Source: Eledone cirrhosa (lineage: Eukaryota). Taken from it: 64,000 nucleotides of DNA. Each line of letters begins with the position of its first letter. The first letter of the stretch is position 1. The DNA is taken from positions 78,554,001 to 78,618,000 of the forward strand of contig OZ024744.1 in assembly GCA_964016885.1 (NCBI GenBank), written 5' to 3'. Position numbers and translations under genes: made by a program. Shown in pieces: positions 1 through 13,891 of the stretch. Below the pieces are notes generated by a model, which saw nothing but the letters and a program-made list of their open reading frames with translations, was not told the origin of the DNA and did not search any database.

Positions 1-88
1 TATATATCAGATAGAGTGTGCTAAAATACCAGGTGGACTATAACCCACCAGAGTACTCGATACTTTGGGTAGTAGAGTGGGTAATAGG

Positions 89-200
89 AAAAGATGCAGG
101 ACCCTGATGGCCGAGCTCCAGCCGTTTCGACAGCTAGCTCTGAACTCAGATCTAGCTGTTGAAACAGCCGGAGCTCAGCCATCGGGGTCTTGAATCTTTT
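89..200. repeat. Imperfect palindrome with ~80-nt single-copy flank, Penelope-end-like
   Basis: aaaagat...ctag at 89-137 pairs with ctag...atctttt at 152-200; bounded by (TA)n and (CA)n. Confidence 0.7.
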
Positions 201-1619
201 TATACACACACACACACATAGATGTATTCAAAATAGGGTGTGCACAGGATAAAGACAAAGGAAAAAGCAATGGAAAAATCGACATTTCTTTAATGAGCAT
301 AAAAGTTCGATTTTATTTAGTGTTTACGTTATTTGGTCATCAATTTAGGAATAAAGTAATTAAATGAAACATGCTGAAATATCCCACACGAGTGTCTATA
401 ATTGTCTCATCTTTATTGTTATGAATGCGTGTTACAACTTGGAAATAAGACATACCTTTCGAAATAATATAATATGTATAATTGGTATTTATTAGTTGTA
501 GAATTGGCAACAAGGTGAGAGAAATAGTTAGTCTCCACATGGTGTTATTGGTTTTCTGTTCCGAAGTTGAAGTCACCTGAGAGAGAGTTGCTCTTAATAT
601 GTTCACTCCACATGGTGTGGGTGAAATGAAAAGTGGGAGAAAGCAAAATTACATCTTAACTCCTGGACAGCTGGCTTTGTAAGAGAGCGGGTACTTTCAG
701 TTTCTCAATTTATAGTCTCCATGGGATGTAACTCTCATTAACTCTCCTTCTCGACCCAAGGGGTCACTAGAGTTCCATCTCCTCAGTCAATATGGGCTGA
801 AGTCCAAACTGCAGACAAAGAAGAATGACACTGATGTGTAAATAAGTTAAGAAGGAAGAATAAAAGAAGACAGACTGGGTGGAGTGATGTCTATTATATG
901 CAGATATTACTACAACAGAAGTCTTATAACGAAAAGAGAATCAAATGCCTACTTATACCTTTTAATAATTACAGGTTGAAACATCTATGGACCTTGTTTA
1001 TCACAAACAATTGTATAATTTAATTCCCTGTAGAGGAGGTCTTAAGAAAATACCTTGGTCGGTGTGGTCCTTCTTCTGTACTTGCTGTGACAGGCTTCCG
1101 ACATCCTTTTTAACACTCAATACGATATAAACACATATTTATTGTTATAAAGCCGAATTTCTATACATACAGGAGGATATAAGGAATGAAAGCAATTACT
1201 GGCCGGTAAATTGAAGGTAGGCAGGTACTGCCTGGAAGAAAACAGGAAATATTGAATATCTCATATCGCAACAGAACAATTCCTGAAATGTGGAATATGT
1301 CTCGTTGATAAATGTTTAGTTTTTCCTTACAGGATTATATAAGGATTACAGTAGGAGCTATCCTGTAGTAGGTCTTCTCATATTGCTGGCCAGAGTCTTA
1401 TCTCCCATGTGCTGGCAGGTTTTCACGACGAGGCGACAATGTATTCATACGCGATTTAATACAATTGGTTTGTTTAACCAAATCACATATGAAATATTGC
1501 TATTGCAATTTTATGAAGTAGTTCCGCTACATCCTCATAAGGCCTCACCATTCATATTTAGAGATTAGGATTGCTGTTCCTTCCAATCACTCCTTTCCAT
1601 GTCGGCCAGTCAGCGAGGC

Positions 1620-1646
1620 AGAGGAGGAGGAGGATGAGGAGACGGC

Positions 1647-1712
<66 letters not shown>

Positions 1713-1713
1713 A
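1620..1713. repeat. Compound (GAG)n(GGC)n(GAC)n microsatellite
   Basis: Directly visible. Confidence 0.95.
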
Positions 1714-2589
1714 TCAGAGCCCTAACATCATTCCTTCATAATCAGCCTATCAACTTTTCAACCCACCCTTGTATAATGTTTACACAAGGTTGCAATTACA
1801 GGTTATCAACTAAATAGTGTTATGCAGTTAAATTGAGTATTCAACGAACTAAATAGAATTAGGAAAAAACATAAAAAGACATTTTGAGTAAATTAATGTT
1901 AAAATGTATATTTTAAATAGAATAATTTTACATATATGCATAAATTGAGAAATGGGTCATAGCGACCTATATATATATATTTTAAATTTAACTTTTTTTC
2001 CCTCGGTTTTCATAGCATTTTACTTACTTTATCTCAAATAAATGTAAGTAAATAATGAAAAAACAATGTTGTCTCTGATCAAGACAAAGGGAGAGTGTAT
2101 TTGAATACATATAAAAATGAGAAAACACAGCTAGAACAGTCATTAAAACACAGCTAGAACAGTCATTAAAACACCTAAATGCTGTGAAAGACTGCAATAG
2201 CAGATATCTCTAAAAACCCAAACGAGGAGTACCATGAAAAAAGGTGCCCCAAAACGGGGAGAATTAGGCAAAACGGGGAGATTTTACATAATGAAAGCTA
2301 TACTCATTTTTACAAAAGAAAACATCTATCACCCACCCCAAAGTGGGTGGGTGATCTCCCCGTCAGATTGGGAGAGTTAACAGGTCTGCAATAGGCAAAA
2401 ATGCCTCAGAAGACAGAGACCAGAGGCCAGTGGTCAACTGAGAGACAATCCATGAGGTGGGTGACAGGCAGATAAAATATAGTAAAGATTGAAAGAGGAG
2501 GGTGATAAGGAGAAGTGTGTTGGTGCATAGAAGTGACTGAAAGAGGGATATAAAGAAAGGCGCTGTACAAGACAAATTTATACTCTTAA

Positions 2590-4357
2590 ATCTTCACCCT
2601 CATCAGCTCTAAAACCAGTAAAATAGTTTTGCACGGGGTCAATAGACTGACATCTGTCGCAACTCCCGACCACTTTTTGGACACTCTGTCTGCTAACATC
2701 GGAGTCAACATATGATGCATGTTATGCAACTTCCTCAACTCCAAGTCACTCAACCTGCATACTGCAGCTATCCCATTTTCTGAATCTTCTGGCACTTCTT
2801 CACCTGGGTTAGGATGTCCACCTTTGTGGCCCAAACATCACATTCAACTTCAGGCTGAACTCAGCAGATAGCTCTACCAAAATTCTCATGTGCGCTTTAT
2901 TAGCATCTCTGCCACCCCTCTCGTTTGCACCCTCTTCTCACTGGAAATCACTAATCTCACCCTTCTGAGTACAATGAACCTCTATAATGCGCAGCTCCCA
3001 TCTCAGGGGAAGATTCACTCTCTTCAACACTGCGTCCAATTCAGCCATGTTGATGTGGTTGCAGTCCTTCTTCTTCCTGAGCCTGGCTGTGTCCTTGACC
3101 TCAACACCCCCTATTTCCAGAACAACCCTAGTGTTAAGCTCTAGGCATCACACCATATGGACCTATTCTCCAACTTGGGTACATCGCAGCTTCCTCTGAC
3201 ATTGTCCGTCGCCTTTACCATTACAACAATCTTCTGCATCAAGGCCACTATCCTCTCTCTTACCCTGTCTCCCAAGCTCACCCCATCTACTCATCTCTTG
3301 ACATAGCTGCATGCTGTTTTGAGCCACCCCATGATTTGATAGTCGCCCACCAATTTCCCACACATTGAGAAAAGTTCTCGTCTGTCCATGCCAGTGACCA
3401 GTTCTGGGACTTCATTTCCTCTCTGAAATATTAATGTACCCATTGCATCTTCTTCATAACCTGACTCCCAGTGCAGCTCCTCCTTCCACCACCTCTTGTG
3501 GTTTCCCAGTTAACCCGAATCTTTCCAGGCAGCTTGAGACCTTTGTTGCTGAAACCACTAAGATATCGTCATTGTGCAGCCTGTGTCCACAAGGGCTCTT
3601 GTCTGTTTCACTCCACCAGAACTTCCACTACAAGCAGTGACTGCAGGAGTGCTTCTACTTGCTTTCAGGGTAGCTAGCAGTGCAGTAACTCCCCTTCAGC
3701 CATTCCCTGGTCATAATTGCTGGCAATGTAGCCTACCTACTTACATTAGTAGCAAATTATTCCAGGCTTCGGCTCCTTGCTATCCCTTGTGATGTGTGGA
3801 CCTTGACACCTAAAACATGAATGCCTGTGGCTGAGCATTCATGGGGGCTCTTCTCCTCTCATCATTCGTTAATTGCTGTTGTTGCTAAAGTCTTCTGTTA
3901 CTGCTAATGCCACAAGATCCCGCTCAACGCCTCATGTCACCATGCTGGCCTGTGTGATCAGTTTGTTCATGAACATTTTGTTGTTGCCCGGCAGCTGCTG
4001 GAGACTCACTGAAACTTCTTCGGGGAAACCATTCATGAAAGCCATCCACACGACCCTTTCTAAGTTTTCTCCTGTAAATTCGGCTAGTGTAGCCAACCTC
4101 TGGATTTCCTCTGCGAACATATCCACCTGCAGCATACAATCCCTGTGTGAATGCTTCCTTGAGGCATTGCTTGATCTTTTCCATGTTCAGTTGGTCTGTG
4201 TATAACATCAATGCGTTATCTTCTAGATAAGGCCTGCCACATTTTCGATCCCTTGTATCGTAGCGACCAAATTTATCTTCCTGATCTAGGCAATAATGTC
4301 TCCCTCACTTCAGAAGGCTTTAATTGCGTCACTACCGATCCTTATTTTTGTCATCAT
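2590..4357 (-). pseudogene. Heavily decayed, internally deleted gag-pol of an LTR retrotransposon related to the element at 26196-30348
   Basis: Fragments VDMFAEEIQRLATLA..WMAFMNGFPEEV (gag), RALVDTGC (protease), HINMAELDAV (RNase H) and IAAVCRLSDLELRKLHNMHHM (integrase N-terminus) match the 26-30 kb element. Confidence 0.85.
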
Positions 4358-4384
4358 ATCTTTTGCGAGTCGGAAAAAGTAAAT

Positions 4385-4575
4385 AATTGTTTCTACTTTT
4401 TCGCACAAGGTCAGCAATTACCCAGTGCATTACTGGTACTTTATTTTATCGACCCTGTAAGGATGAAAGACAAAGCTAACCCCGGCGGGATTTGAACTCA
4501 GAATGGCAAGGGTCATAACTCTATCCGTCAAAGCATAACGTCCGACCTTCTACTGATACTGCCAATCCACCACCC
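4385..4575 (-). mobile_element. tRNA-derived SINE, family 2
   Basis: Minus strand has the B box gagttcaaatccc and core gtcgataaaataaagtaccag; homologous to 36885-37075 and 52065-52255. Confidence 0.8.
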
Positions 4576-4689
4576 CTGGAAAAAGTAAATAATGATAGTA
4601 ATAAAAAAAAATGCTGCTGAAATAGTTTGTGTCTCCACTTGTGTCTGGACTGAATCTCTCTGCGTGATGCCCACCTGTTTCACGTCTGG

Positions 4690-4906
4690 AGAACATAGCA
4701 ACACTCACACACTCATTTGCACAAGTCATCACAAAAAGCATTCGGTGCTCACTGTAAATGAGGTTGGGGTTAGGAAAGGCATCCAGCTGTAAAACCAGGC
4801 CCAAATCAGTTCTGTATGAGCACGACATGGTCACCTGACCTAACATTTCCCACAACAGGATAACTTGTCTATCCCATGCTAGTGTGGAAAAATGGACATA
4901 AAATAT
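4690..4906 (+). mobile_element. SINE 3' portion with RTE-type tail
   Basis: ttaggaaaggcatccagctgtaaaacc ... cccatgctagtgtggaaaatggacataaaa; recurs many times in the window. Confidence 0.75.
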
Positions 4907-4996
4907 CACCACCACCACCATCACCACCACCACCATCGCCACCACCTACACCACCTACCACCACCTCCACCACCTACCACCACCACCACCACCACC
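4907..4996. repeat. (CAC)n microsatellite
   Basis: Directly visible; explains the poly-His/Pro/Thr ORF. Confidence 0.95.
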
Positions 4997-6448
4997 AATT
5001 ATAGGAGCATAAAACTGATGGATCAGGTTATGAAAGTGGCAGAAAGAATACTAACGCAACTAATTAGAGAAAAAGGTCAAATTAGATGAGATGCAGTTTG
5101 GTTTTGTGCCAGTGAAAAGAACAACAGATGCCCTCTTCTTGGTGAGACAATTACAAGAGAGGTTCTTAGAGAAGAATAAGCCACTATACTTAGCTTTTGT
5201 TGACCTAGAGAAGGCCTTTGATAGGGTACCCCGATCTGTCATCTGGTTTTCCCTAAGGAAACTAGGTGTAGAGGAATTTCTTGTGAGGACAGTGCAAACT
5301 TTGTACAGAGGTACTCTCAGTAAAGTCAGGGTAGGAATGGAATTTAGTGAGGAATTCCAGATACAAGTATGAGTACATCAATGTTCGGTCCTCAGCCCGC
5401 TCTTGTTCATTATAGTCCTCCAAGCCATAACAGAAGAGTTTAAGACTGGCTGTCCATGGGAACTTCTCTATGCTGACGATCTGGTACTTATAGCAGAGGA
5501 GCTAGAGAATAAATTCTGGCTATGGAAACAGCAGTTGGAAGCAAGAGGACTGAGAGTGAACCTAGCTAAGACAAAAGTGTTGATGAGTAGAAAAGAGGAC
5601 AAAACTCTGTTTCCATCAGGGAAATGGCCATGTTCGATATGTAGAAAAGGAACTGGCATAAATTCTATAAAATGCATACAATGAAGATCTTGGGTACGCA
5701 AGAGATGTAGTGGGATAGCAGGCACACTAACAGGTAGGGAGAAATATGTACAGGGAAATTTGACAGTAGAAGTCGCAGTGATGGACACATTTTTCACATA
5801 CAGGTAGGATCTATAGAGGTGGTTGATAGCTTCCGATACCAGATTAGAATGAGAGGGGGTGTTCCGAGGCCATAGTATCTAGAATAAGGAAGGGTTGGAA
5901 GAAGTTTAGGGAGCTGCTTCCTCTGTTGACAAAGAAGGGTTTCTCCCTACGAACGAAAGGCTTGTTTAATGATGTTTGTGTAAGATTCGCGATGCTGCAT
6001 GGTAGTGAGACATGGGCAGCAACTGCGGAGGATATGCGATGGTTGGAGAGAAAGGAAGCAAGCATGCTCCAATGGATGTGTAATGTCAATGTGCGTGAAC
6101 AATCAAGCATAGATGAGTTGAGAGAGAAACTGTGTTTAAGAGGGATAAGTTGTGGTGCGCAGGAGAGAAGATTGCATTGGTATGGACATGTGATGTGTAT
6201 GGAGGATGACGGCTGGGTAAAGAAGTGTCAAGAAATCTCAGTAAAACGGAAGGCGCAGTAGAGGAAGACCACGAAAATCATGGGCGGAGGTGGTGAGAGC
6301 TGACCTCAGATGGCTGAAACTCACGGTGGATATGATGAAGTACCGTGACAAGTGGAGAGATGCTGTGCTGAATAGGACCCGTCTCACCTGTGCAAGCAGG
6401 GAAGAGTGGATGTAAAAGGATGATGATGATGATGATGAAGATGACGAT
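4997..6448 (+). mobile_element. 5'-truncated, decayed RTE-clade LINE (RT, Cys-rich finger, 3' tail)
   Basis: NYRSIKL, QFGF, AFVDLEKAFDRVPR, LLYADDL, LHGSETW and RRLHWYGHV motifs; ends in (GAT)n. Confidence 0.92.
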
Positions 6449-6517
6449 AAGGCATATTGGTACTTTTGCAACATATGCCATTAGCTTTTCTCTTTGTTGC
6501 CTAATCTTCATGAGTTT

Positions 6518-6718
6518 AAAACTTTAGCATTTAAACCGGCCATATCCGGCAAGAATTTTCTCACCTCTTACTTTTCAAACCAGCCGTAACTTGCCACTCA
6601 TACTGATGTTAAAGTATTGTTCTCAAAATAAATAAAATCAAAATCTCATTGAATGTGAGATAAAGCCTTTATCACAAAAATGCAATAGTGTATATAGAGT
6701 AATGTAAATGCTAAAGGG
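6518..6718. mobile_element. piggyBac-like MITE
   Basis: TIR ctttagcattta / taaatgctaaaggg followed by TTAA; homologous copies at 11041, 49426 and 50406. Confidence 0.75.
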
Positions 6719-7256
6719 TTAAATGTACCAGATTGATAGCTAGGGGTCTCATCTATTTACAATTGAAGCTCGTAAATGCAATTGCAAATTTTATTCTAAT
6801 AGTTTCTTCCCCCAGACATGTCACCTATGGAATTCTCTTCCAGCTTCTTGCTTTCCTGAACAGTACAATTTGCAAATATTCATGTTTAATCTGTTGACTG
6901 CTGTGTATATTTTAGACACCTACAGTTGCTGTGCTGATTTTGTTTTCAGTAAAATGACTATTTTTTAAAACAAACATTTATTAACAACACATATCTGAAT
7001 GATTGACAAACATCACATCAATAAACTAGTAACCCCATCTAGCTTTGAAGTTATGAACTGTTGGAAACAAGTTCATAATTTTGAAGTTATGAACTGTTGG
7101 AAAAGAGTTCAAACATGTTGGGATGAGTTATCTCGTTTGTGGTACTGGAAGGCATCTTTAACATATGTTATTAATAAACATCTTCAATGAATGTTATTAG
7201 TAAACAAAAATTTAATGGGTTGATGGGATGGGACTCAATGATTTTACCCTTTGCAC

Positions 7257-7663
7257 TGTAGCGAAGCGACCCCTGTCATGTGACAGCTAGGCAGAGTTAC
7301 CTGCACATAGCTCTGACGTCACCAAAATAATACACACTTCAGCGGCTATTTCCGAAGAGACAACACGCATAATATTGGAGCTGACTTTTACCTATGAAGA
7401 GATATTTTCTGCCTTCTCTCCCTAGAGATGACTCCTGCCTATGAAGAGATGACTCCTGTCTTCTCTCTCTCTCTGCTGTATACGCTCCAGTCTTGGAGTC
7501 GAGACCAACTCACCAACTACATCATTACGACACGTGGTAAAATATTTCTATTGTATTATTATTGACTCCTGTGATATAAAACATTGTACAAACACGCACC
7601 AGCCATTCTTATTCGTTTTAATATTATTGCAAGTAATATATACACTCATACCAGTCATCTAAA
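7257..7663 (+). mobile_element. Solo LTR
   Basis: Starts TGTAG, ends CTAAA, flanked by direct GCAC (7253-56 and 7664-67); 3' half resembles the LTR at 21269. Confidence 0.65.
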
Positions 7664-7685
7664 GCACTAAGGGTTAAATGTAATC

Positions 7686-8022
7686 CAGCAGTCGCCAACC
7701 GGTGATCTGAGAGAAAATTTTGGTGGTCCACAGAAAAATTTGGATATTATTCGCAATTTTTATGTTTTATTAATAAAACAAAAAAATATTTGGTTAAAAT
7801 ATATTTTATAACAGCCCTAAAAAATGTTTCTCCTCAGTAAAGAACTAACATATGTATCATCTATCGACAATATGACACATGTATGTTTCAGTATTGTTTA
7901 ATAAAATAGTAGTTCTCTGATCATTATTTTTTATCTTTTAAAAAAAATTCATATTAGTGGTCTGCGGGATTTAAAATTATGAATTTAGTGGTCCGTGAGG
8001 TCAGAAAGGTTGGCGACTGCTG
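7686..8022. mobile_element. hAT (Charlie-like) MITE
   Basis: Perfect 15-bp TIR cagcagtcgccaacc / ggttggcgactgctg; 8-bp flanks atgtaatc / atgtaaat. Confidence 0.85.
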
Positions 8023-8689
8023 ATGTAAATGCCTTATATGAGACACTTGCAGTCAGTGACTATTTTTTTTTCTTCTCACATCCTGGATGCTATGTTGATG
8101 GTGAAAAATAAACTCCTGAAATAACATGATTGTTTGTTAAATTATGTTTTACCCTGTGGTAATAAAGTATTTGGAGCAAAGTTTTAATTAACATTAATGG
8201 GTCGTTTTATTCAAGTATCAGATAATGCTTATGAGAACAATTAGCTATTTCTGTGCCTTAGTCTTGCTATCACTAATGGTAAAACTGTGACTGTCTTGGT
8301 TTGCATCAAAAGGTTTATAGGTGCATTCTCTGGCTGTAGTGTTCAAATGAGTGCTCATGTGTCTTTCCCATTTGTTAGTTTTTTTTTGTTTATTGATTTG
8401 CTTCTTTTGTAAATCAGTAATATAGAAATTGGTACTATATTTCTAATGAAATACACTCTATTTTAATTAATTACTGAAGAATTTTGAGGATTTTATTAAA
8501 ATTATTAATTATTTCATTACTAAGATAGTAATTTAACATATGACTCTCAAATAAAATGTTGGAAGATTTTAATTTAAATGGGCTGTTTTGTTTCATAGAA
8601 CAAGAGCTAGTTTTGGGTGGGTTGGTTTCAAAAGGGTTACCGATATTTCACTCTAGAAATGGTGACAGCATGCAACAAATCAAATTATA

Positions 8690-10077
8690 CAGAGTTACTT
8701 AGTTCTTTGAGGACACATCTTTTAATAACGCTAACTTTTTTCTTTCTGATTATCATTTCTTTTCAGATAAATGATGACAGACATCAAGCTAACTCAGCAA
8801 ATGAAAAGGCATTCTGTAATCATTGCCTTGAAGGCAAAGGATAGGGATATGGAGATTGCCCTCTTCCTGAAAGTTGCAGTCATTTGTTGTCAAAGTTTGC
8901 AAAGAGCTGGAAGCAGTTGATGGGGATTCTACAGCAGCAGACAAACGTAAAACGCCTGCTAAGGGTTCTAACACCTAGATTTGAACAAAAGGTGCAGAAA
9001 TTTATCAATAAAAATGATAGACAGTCAATTAACACTATTGCTAAAGAGTTCAATGTTTCAAGGCCAGAGTGGGATTTACATATAAGCTAAACAAGCTATA
9101 GCTTAGGGCCCCCACACAAAAAACAGCGACAATTTGTTGCTGACATAGGACATCTGCACATATAAAGAGCCCCATTATCTCAAATAGCTTAGGGCCTCAT
9201 CAAATCTAAATCCAGCCCTGTTCAAGGCACACTATCAGAACAATTGTGCCTGAGGACCTTCAATGAAAGTCATATGTGATGCAGAGAGGCCAATTCATGT
9301 CTGAAAAGACAAAAGATCTGCACAAAGTGCTTATTGAGCAAATTAAAACAACAAAACCCAGGAATGCTTTGGTTTTTCTCCAATGAGAAAAACTTTGATT
9401 AGGAACAAAAGGTCAACTGAAGGAATGACAGAAAGGTCAACTGAAGGAATGACAGATTGTTATGCACAGAATACAACGGTCATGCACACAAAACTCCTGG
9501 CAACTATGATGGTCCTGGGAGTCATGCTTCCTCACTCCTTTCCTCAGGGTTTAAGGGTCAATGCCTCAGGGTTTAAGGGTTTACTATAAAGAAGTTTTGG
9601 AGAGAATTGTGAGGCCTTGAATAGAGAGTGTGAACAAAGGAAGACTGTACACCTACCAACAAGACTTTGTACCATCTCATGAGGCCAAGATAACCCAAGA
9701 ATGAATGAGTTACATTCTCCATGATCACATCATCCCAAACATATGGCCTCCTAGCTCTCCAGACCTAAATACATTGGTCTACTACAAATGAGGCATAGTT
9801 GAAACGGAAGTCAATCAACACCCCATAACTCTATAATATCTGAAGTCCACCATAACTAACACAATGTACAAAATTGATAAAAATCTTCTGATCTGGACAT
9901 GTCAAAGTTTCAGACTTTGTATTGAAGTAGTCATTAATGCTGATGGTGGATTCATTGAGTAGATGGGCAAAGAAGAGTCTCAAGATTATTCATGCTAAGA
10001 TATAGCACTTCTTTCATGACCTATACATCTTTTACTAAATTCATATAAAAATGTCCTCAAAGAACTGTGCATTCCTG
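8690..10077 (+). mobile_element. Decayed Tc1/mariner-superfamily transposon, DD37D (maT-like)
   Basis: TA flanks; TIR cag..agttctttgaggaca / tgtcctcaaagaact..ctg; remnants WFFSNEKNF, YQQD and WPPSSPDLN, with 37 residues between the 2nd and 3rd catalytic positions. Confidence 0.85.
9065..9220. mobile_element. hAT-type MITE nested in the DD37D transposase
   Basis: Perfect 8-bp TSD ttcaaggc (9057-64 and 9221-28); TIR cagagtgggattta / taaatccagccctg. Confidence 0.85.
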
Positions 10078-10249
10078 TAAAACTGCTATTGTTTATCAAA
10101 TAAAATTCAAAATTTGTCATCTAATATTCGTAAAATCTAACCAAGGAAAGTACAATTGCTTGTAAGAATCAAGACCTTGTGATGACATTAGGCAATTATC
10201 TTGATGATGATGATGATCATGATGATCATCATCATCTTTTAGTGTCCAT

Positions 10250-10582
10250 TTTGTTTAATGTCCATTTTCCATGCTAGCATGCTAGCATGAGTTAGACGAA
10301 TTGTCCAATTAGAGGCAAGTTGGGTCAGGTGACCATGTCTTGTGCACACAAAATTATTTCTGACTTGGTTTCTATGGCTTGATGCCCTTCCTAATACCAA
10401 CCACATTTACAGTGTGTGCTGGATGCTTTTTGTCATAACTCCTATACGACAACTTTACAGTGTGGGCTGGGTGATTTTTGTCGTGACACCTACATGACCA
10501 CCTTACAATATGGGCTGGGTGCTTTTTGTTGTGACACTACATACCACTTTATAGTGTGGGCTGGGTGCTTTTTGTTGTGACA
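10250..10582 (-). mobile_element. SINE 3' portion with internal ~40-bp tandem units
   Basis: tccattttccatgctagcatg, gatgcccttcctaa, and four tacagtgtgggctgggtgctttttgt-like units. Confidence 0.75.
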
Positions 10583-10719
10583 TGTTACTGTTGAGATTCT
10601 AAGAATTTCAATATCACCCCCAAAGAAATGTCAAATACTATGATCCTGCACACAAGCTGAAGGAATTATCAATGGTTGAAACTGATCACATGACTATAAA
10701 TGAGCCAATAAACAGTACA

Positions 10720-10937
10720 ATGGTCATGTAGGTATCACATAAAGTGTCATGACCAAAAGCACTCAGTCCACACTGTAAATATGGTTGGCCTTAGGAAGGA
10801 ATCTAGCCATAGAAACCAAGCCCAAAACAGTTCTCTATGAGCACAACACGGTCACCTGACCTGACTTGTCTCAAATGGGAAAATCCATCTAATCCATGCT
10901 AGCATGAAAAATAGACGTTAAGCCATGATGATGATGA
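10720..10937 (+). mobile_element. SINE 3' portion, inverted relative to 10250-10582
   Basis: ttaggaaggaatctagcc ... ccatgctagcatgaaaaatagacgttaa followed by (GAT)n. Confidence 0.75.
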
Positions 10938-11040
10938 GTACAGTTTTCCAAAAGCTTCACATAAACATAGTTCCTCGGTGAAATGTATAGGAAAATTAAC
11001 AAACAACAGTGAACATTTTCTTAGAAGGTGGCTTGTTTAT

Positions 11041-11261
11041 CCCTTTAGTATTTGCACTGGTTGTATCCGGCCAGAATTCTCTCACCTCTTTCTATTCAAA
11101 CTGGCTGTAACTGGCTGCTAATACTTATGTTAAGGTATTGTTCCAAAATAAATAATATCAAAATCTCGTACATTTGATATTATGTAAGATAATTATGTAA
11201 AATAAAGCCTTTACCATGAAAATACAATAGTATACAGAGAGTAAATGGAAATGTTAAAGGG
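11041..11261. mobile_element. piggyBac-like MITE
   Basis: ccctttagtattt / aaatgttaaaggg; homologous to the copy at 50406. Confidence 0.75.
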
Positions 11262-11423
11262 TTATACACCAATATATATTATTTTTATCACAAAATTGTC
11301 CTTAAAAAAATCTTAGATACTGGAAAAACATTAGATACTGCAAAAAACTTATTTCCTGAGGATATAAAGTTTCTGATAAACAAAGCTATTAGATTAATTA
11401 ACAGCAACTAGTTACTGAGTCAG

Positions 11424-11690
11424 CATCATCATCATCATCGTTTAATGTCCATTTTCCATGCTAGCATGGGTAAGGTCAAGCTGAATCCATGGGTTACATC
11501 ATTATCATCATTTAATGTCCATCTTCCACGCTAGCATGGGTTAGACGGGATTGTCCTATTTGAGGCAAGATTGGTCGGGTGACCATGTCTCGCTTGTATA
11601 GAACTGTTTCTGGCAGGTTTTCTATGGTTGGATGCCCTTCCTAAAACCAACCACATTTACAGTGTGGAATGAGAGCCTTTTTACTGTGTC
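11424..11690 (-). mobile_element. SINE 3' portion with duplicated tail
   Basis: Two (CAT)n-tttaatgtccat..gctagcatggg tails, then gatgcccttcctaa. Confidence 0.75.
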
Positions 11691-11769
11691 TCCTACATTA
11701 AGAATAATTTGTACAATAGCTATAACTGTGGCAACAGGAGAGAGATGTATTCTTAAACTAAAGCTTATA

Positions 11770-12095
11770 CTGAGGCACTCCATTGGTTACAATGATGAGT
11801 TTTCTAGTTGATCCAATCAACGAAACAGCCTGTTCATGAAATTGACATGCAAGTGGCTGAGCATTCCACAGACACGTGTCCCTTAAAGTAGTCTCTAAGG
11901 GAGATTCAGCATGACATAGAATGGGAAAAGGCTTGCCATTGAACTACAGATACAACTCATTTTTGCTAGCTGAGTGGACTGGAGCAATGTGGAAAATATA
12001 GTGTCTTGCTCAAGAACACAATGTTCCACTGGGAATTGTACTCACAACCTTCCAATTGTAAGCCTAATACCCTAACCACTAACCATGCACCTTCA
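11770..12095 (-). mobile_element. tRNA-derived SINE, family 1-like
   Basis: Minus strand has the head gtgcatggttagtggttaggg, a B-box-like gagtacaattccc, and cttgagcaagacact. Confidence 0.7.
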
Positions 12096-13891
12096 CAAAC
12101 AAAAGCTTATAAAGACATATTTGGCAATTTTATCAATAGAAAATGACACAGTAAAAAGATATATTTCTTTATTTGCCACAAGGGAGCACAAGAAATGGGA
12201 TATTACAAGACAAAGTAAAAAGATTGATGCAAAAAGAGACCACAGAAACATTGGCTGATCTGAAGTGAAGAACGATATCGTGGTTGGGATATTTTATGTT
12301 TCCCAGCATCTATTCGTTTCTTCATATTGTAATTTATTAAATCTACTGATCATCTTGGGGACACTAGTCTGCACGAAATTTATTCCTTCCCTGCCCATAC
12401 ACTTTCCCACATCTTAATACTCACCCCACCCCCTCCTTACCAGCTAAATATCCGACACAATGCCTCCCCCACTTCCCTCCCTCCTTTCCTGCATGTTTCA
12501 TCCTACCCACCCCAACTATCACCTTCCACACTCCTGATATACTTGTCCTGTCCAAACCATACATACACATATGGAAAATGGGATACGTTCCACTCTCCCA
12601 CAGTGATGCTGCAATGACAAAAGCAATTAGTTCACCCTGTAAGCTAGTTGTGCTGGTGATACAACAAAAAGTACTTAGTCTACTCTGTAACATGGTCATT
12701 CTGGTGACACAACAAAAAGCACCCAGTTCACCTAATAGGTGATTGTGCTAGTATCAATATATGATTACAGGTCTACCAAATATAAACAAAACCTTTGAGT
12801 ACATGAAAGTTATGAAAAGTTTCAACAACAGAAACTTCTAGCTGTTTTACAGCTTCCCTTGTTTGGAACCATAAAATATCCCGAAATATTTTTCTTCACT
12901 TCAGATCAGCCAATGTTTCTGTAGCCCCTTTTTACATCTATCTTTTTATTGTGTCATTTTCTATTGATAGAAAAGCACTTAGTCCACCATGTGAGATGGT
13001 TGTTTTGGTGCCAAGATAAAAAATACCCATGCTGCAATCTGTTTGGCATTGCAAAGGGTAGTCAGCTGTAATAACCAAGCTTGAAACAGTTCCATATGAG
13101 CAAGACATGGTCACCTGACCTGACTTGTCTTACAATGTGACAACCTGTCTAACTTATGCAAATATGGTAAATAGACATTAAATGGTGATCATGATAAATG
13201 GCTCCTTTTCAGACTTTCACTCATCCGTTCATCATCCACTTATTGTTTATAAAGAAATTCTGTTGAAATGATTGCCAGTAATATAGATGCATCCTCTCTC
13301 AATCTTCCCTTTGCTTCTTTTACTTCTCCCTCTCTTGAAAGGATTTGAAACTTCAACGTTGTCTTTCAACTGTTGTTCTTTTTAGCTTACTTTTTTTTCT
13401 CCTACTTTCTTATTTTGGGAGAATGTTTTGGGGAAATTTCATACTAAAATTTAAACACTTATAATATCTGCAAATAATTGCAGCAAAATTACAATATTCT
13501 CTTCGGATGCGACATATATTATTCGAGAATTGTACAAAATTTCAAATTAAAATTAAAAGCACAGAGTGGAATACATGCAACAGATAATACAAGAGAATAG
13601 TCTAATAATTAAAGCGGCATTGAGAAAGAATGAAGACACTAGCAGTACATATTCTAGCGTGTAGAAAGGGCACATGTGTTAGTCATATATATGAGAAGGA
13701 AACAAGCAAAGGTATTAGGCATATATAAATACTGCATGGCAAGGTATTACATAAAATACAAGCACTTTAAGCAAATACGTCACATCCATTACACCCTGTA
13801 AATACTAAACTGTTGTTCACAACATCAATATATATGTATCTATATGATTGTTCAGTTGAACAAGGAAGTTAATTATATGTACAAACATTGC

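Noticed and set aside
220-1600. Possible decayed coding sequence or Penelope remnant on the minus strand
   Set aside because: Only faint motif hints; nothing I can support
2235-2390. Short repeats and hairpins resembling a DNA transposon end
   Set aside because: No matching opposite TIR or TSD found in the window
10400-10582. Repeat-spacer-like units
   Set aside because: Degenerate tandem duplications inside a SINE
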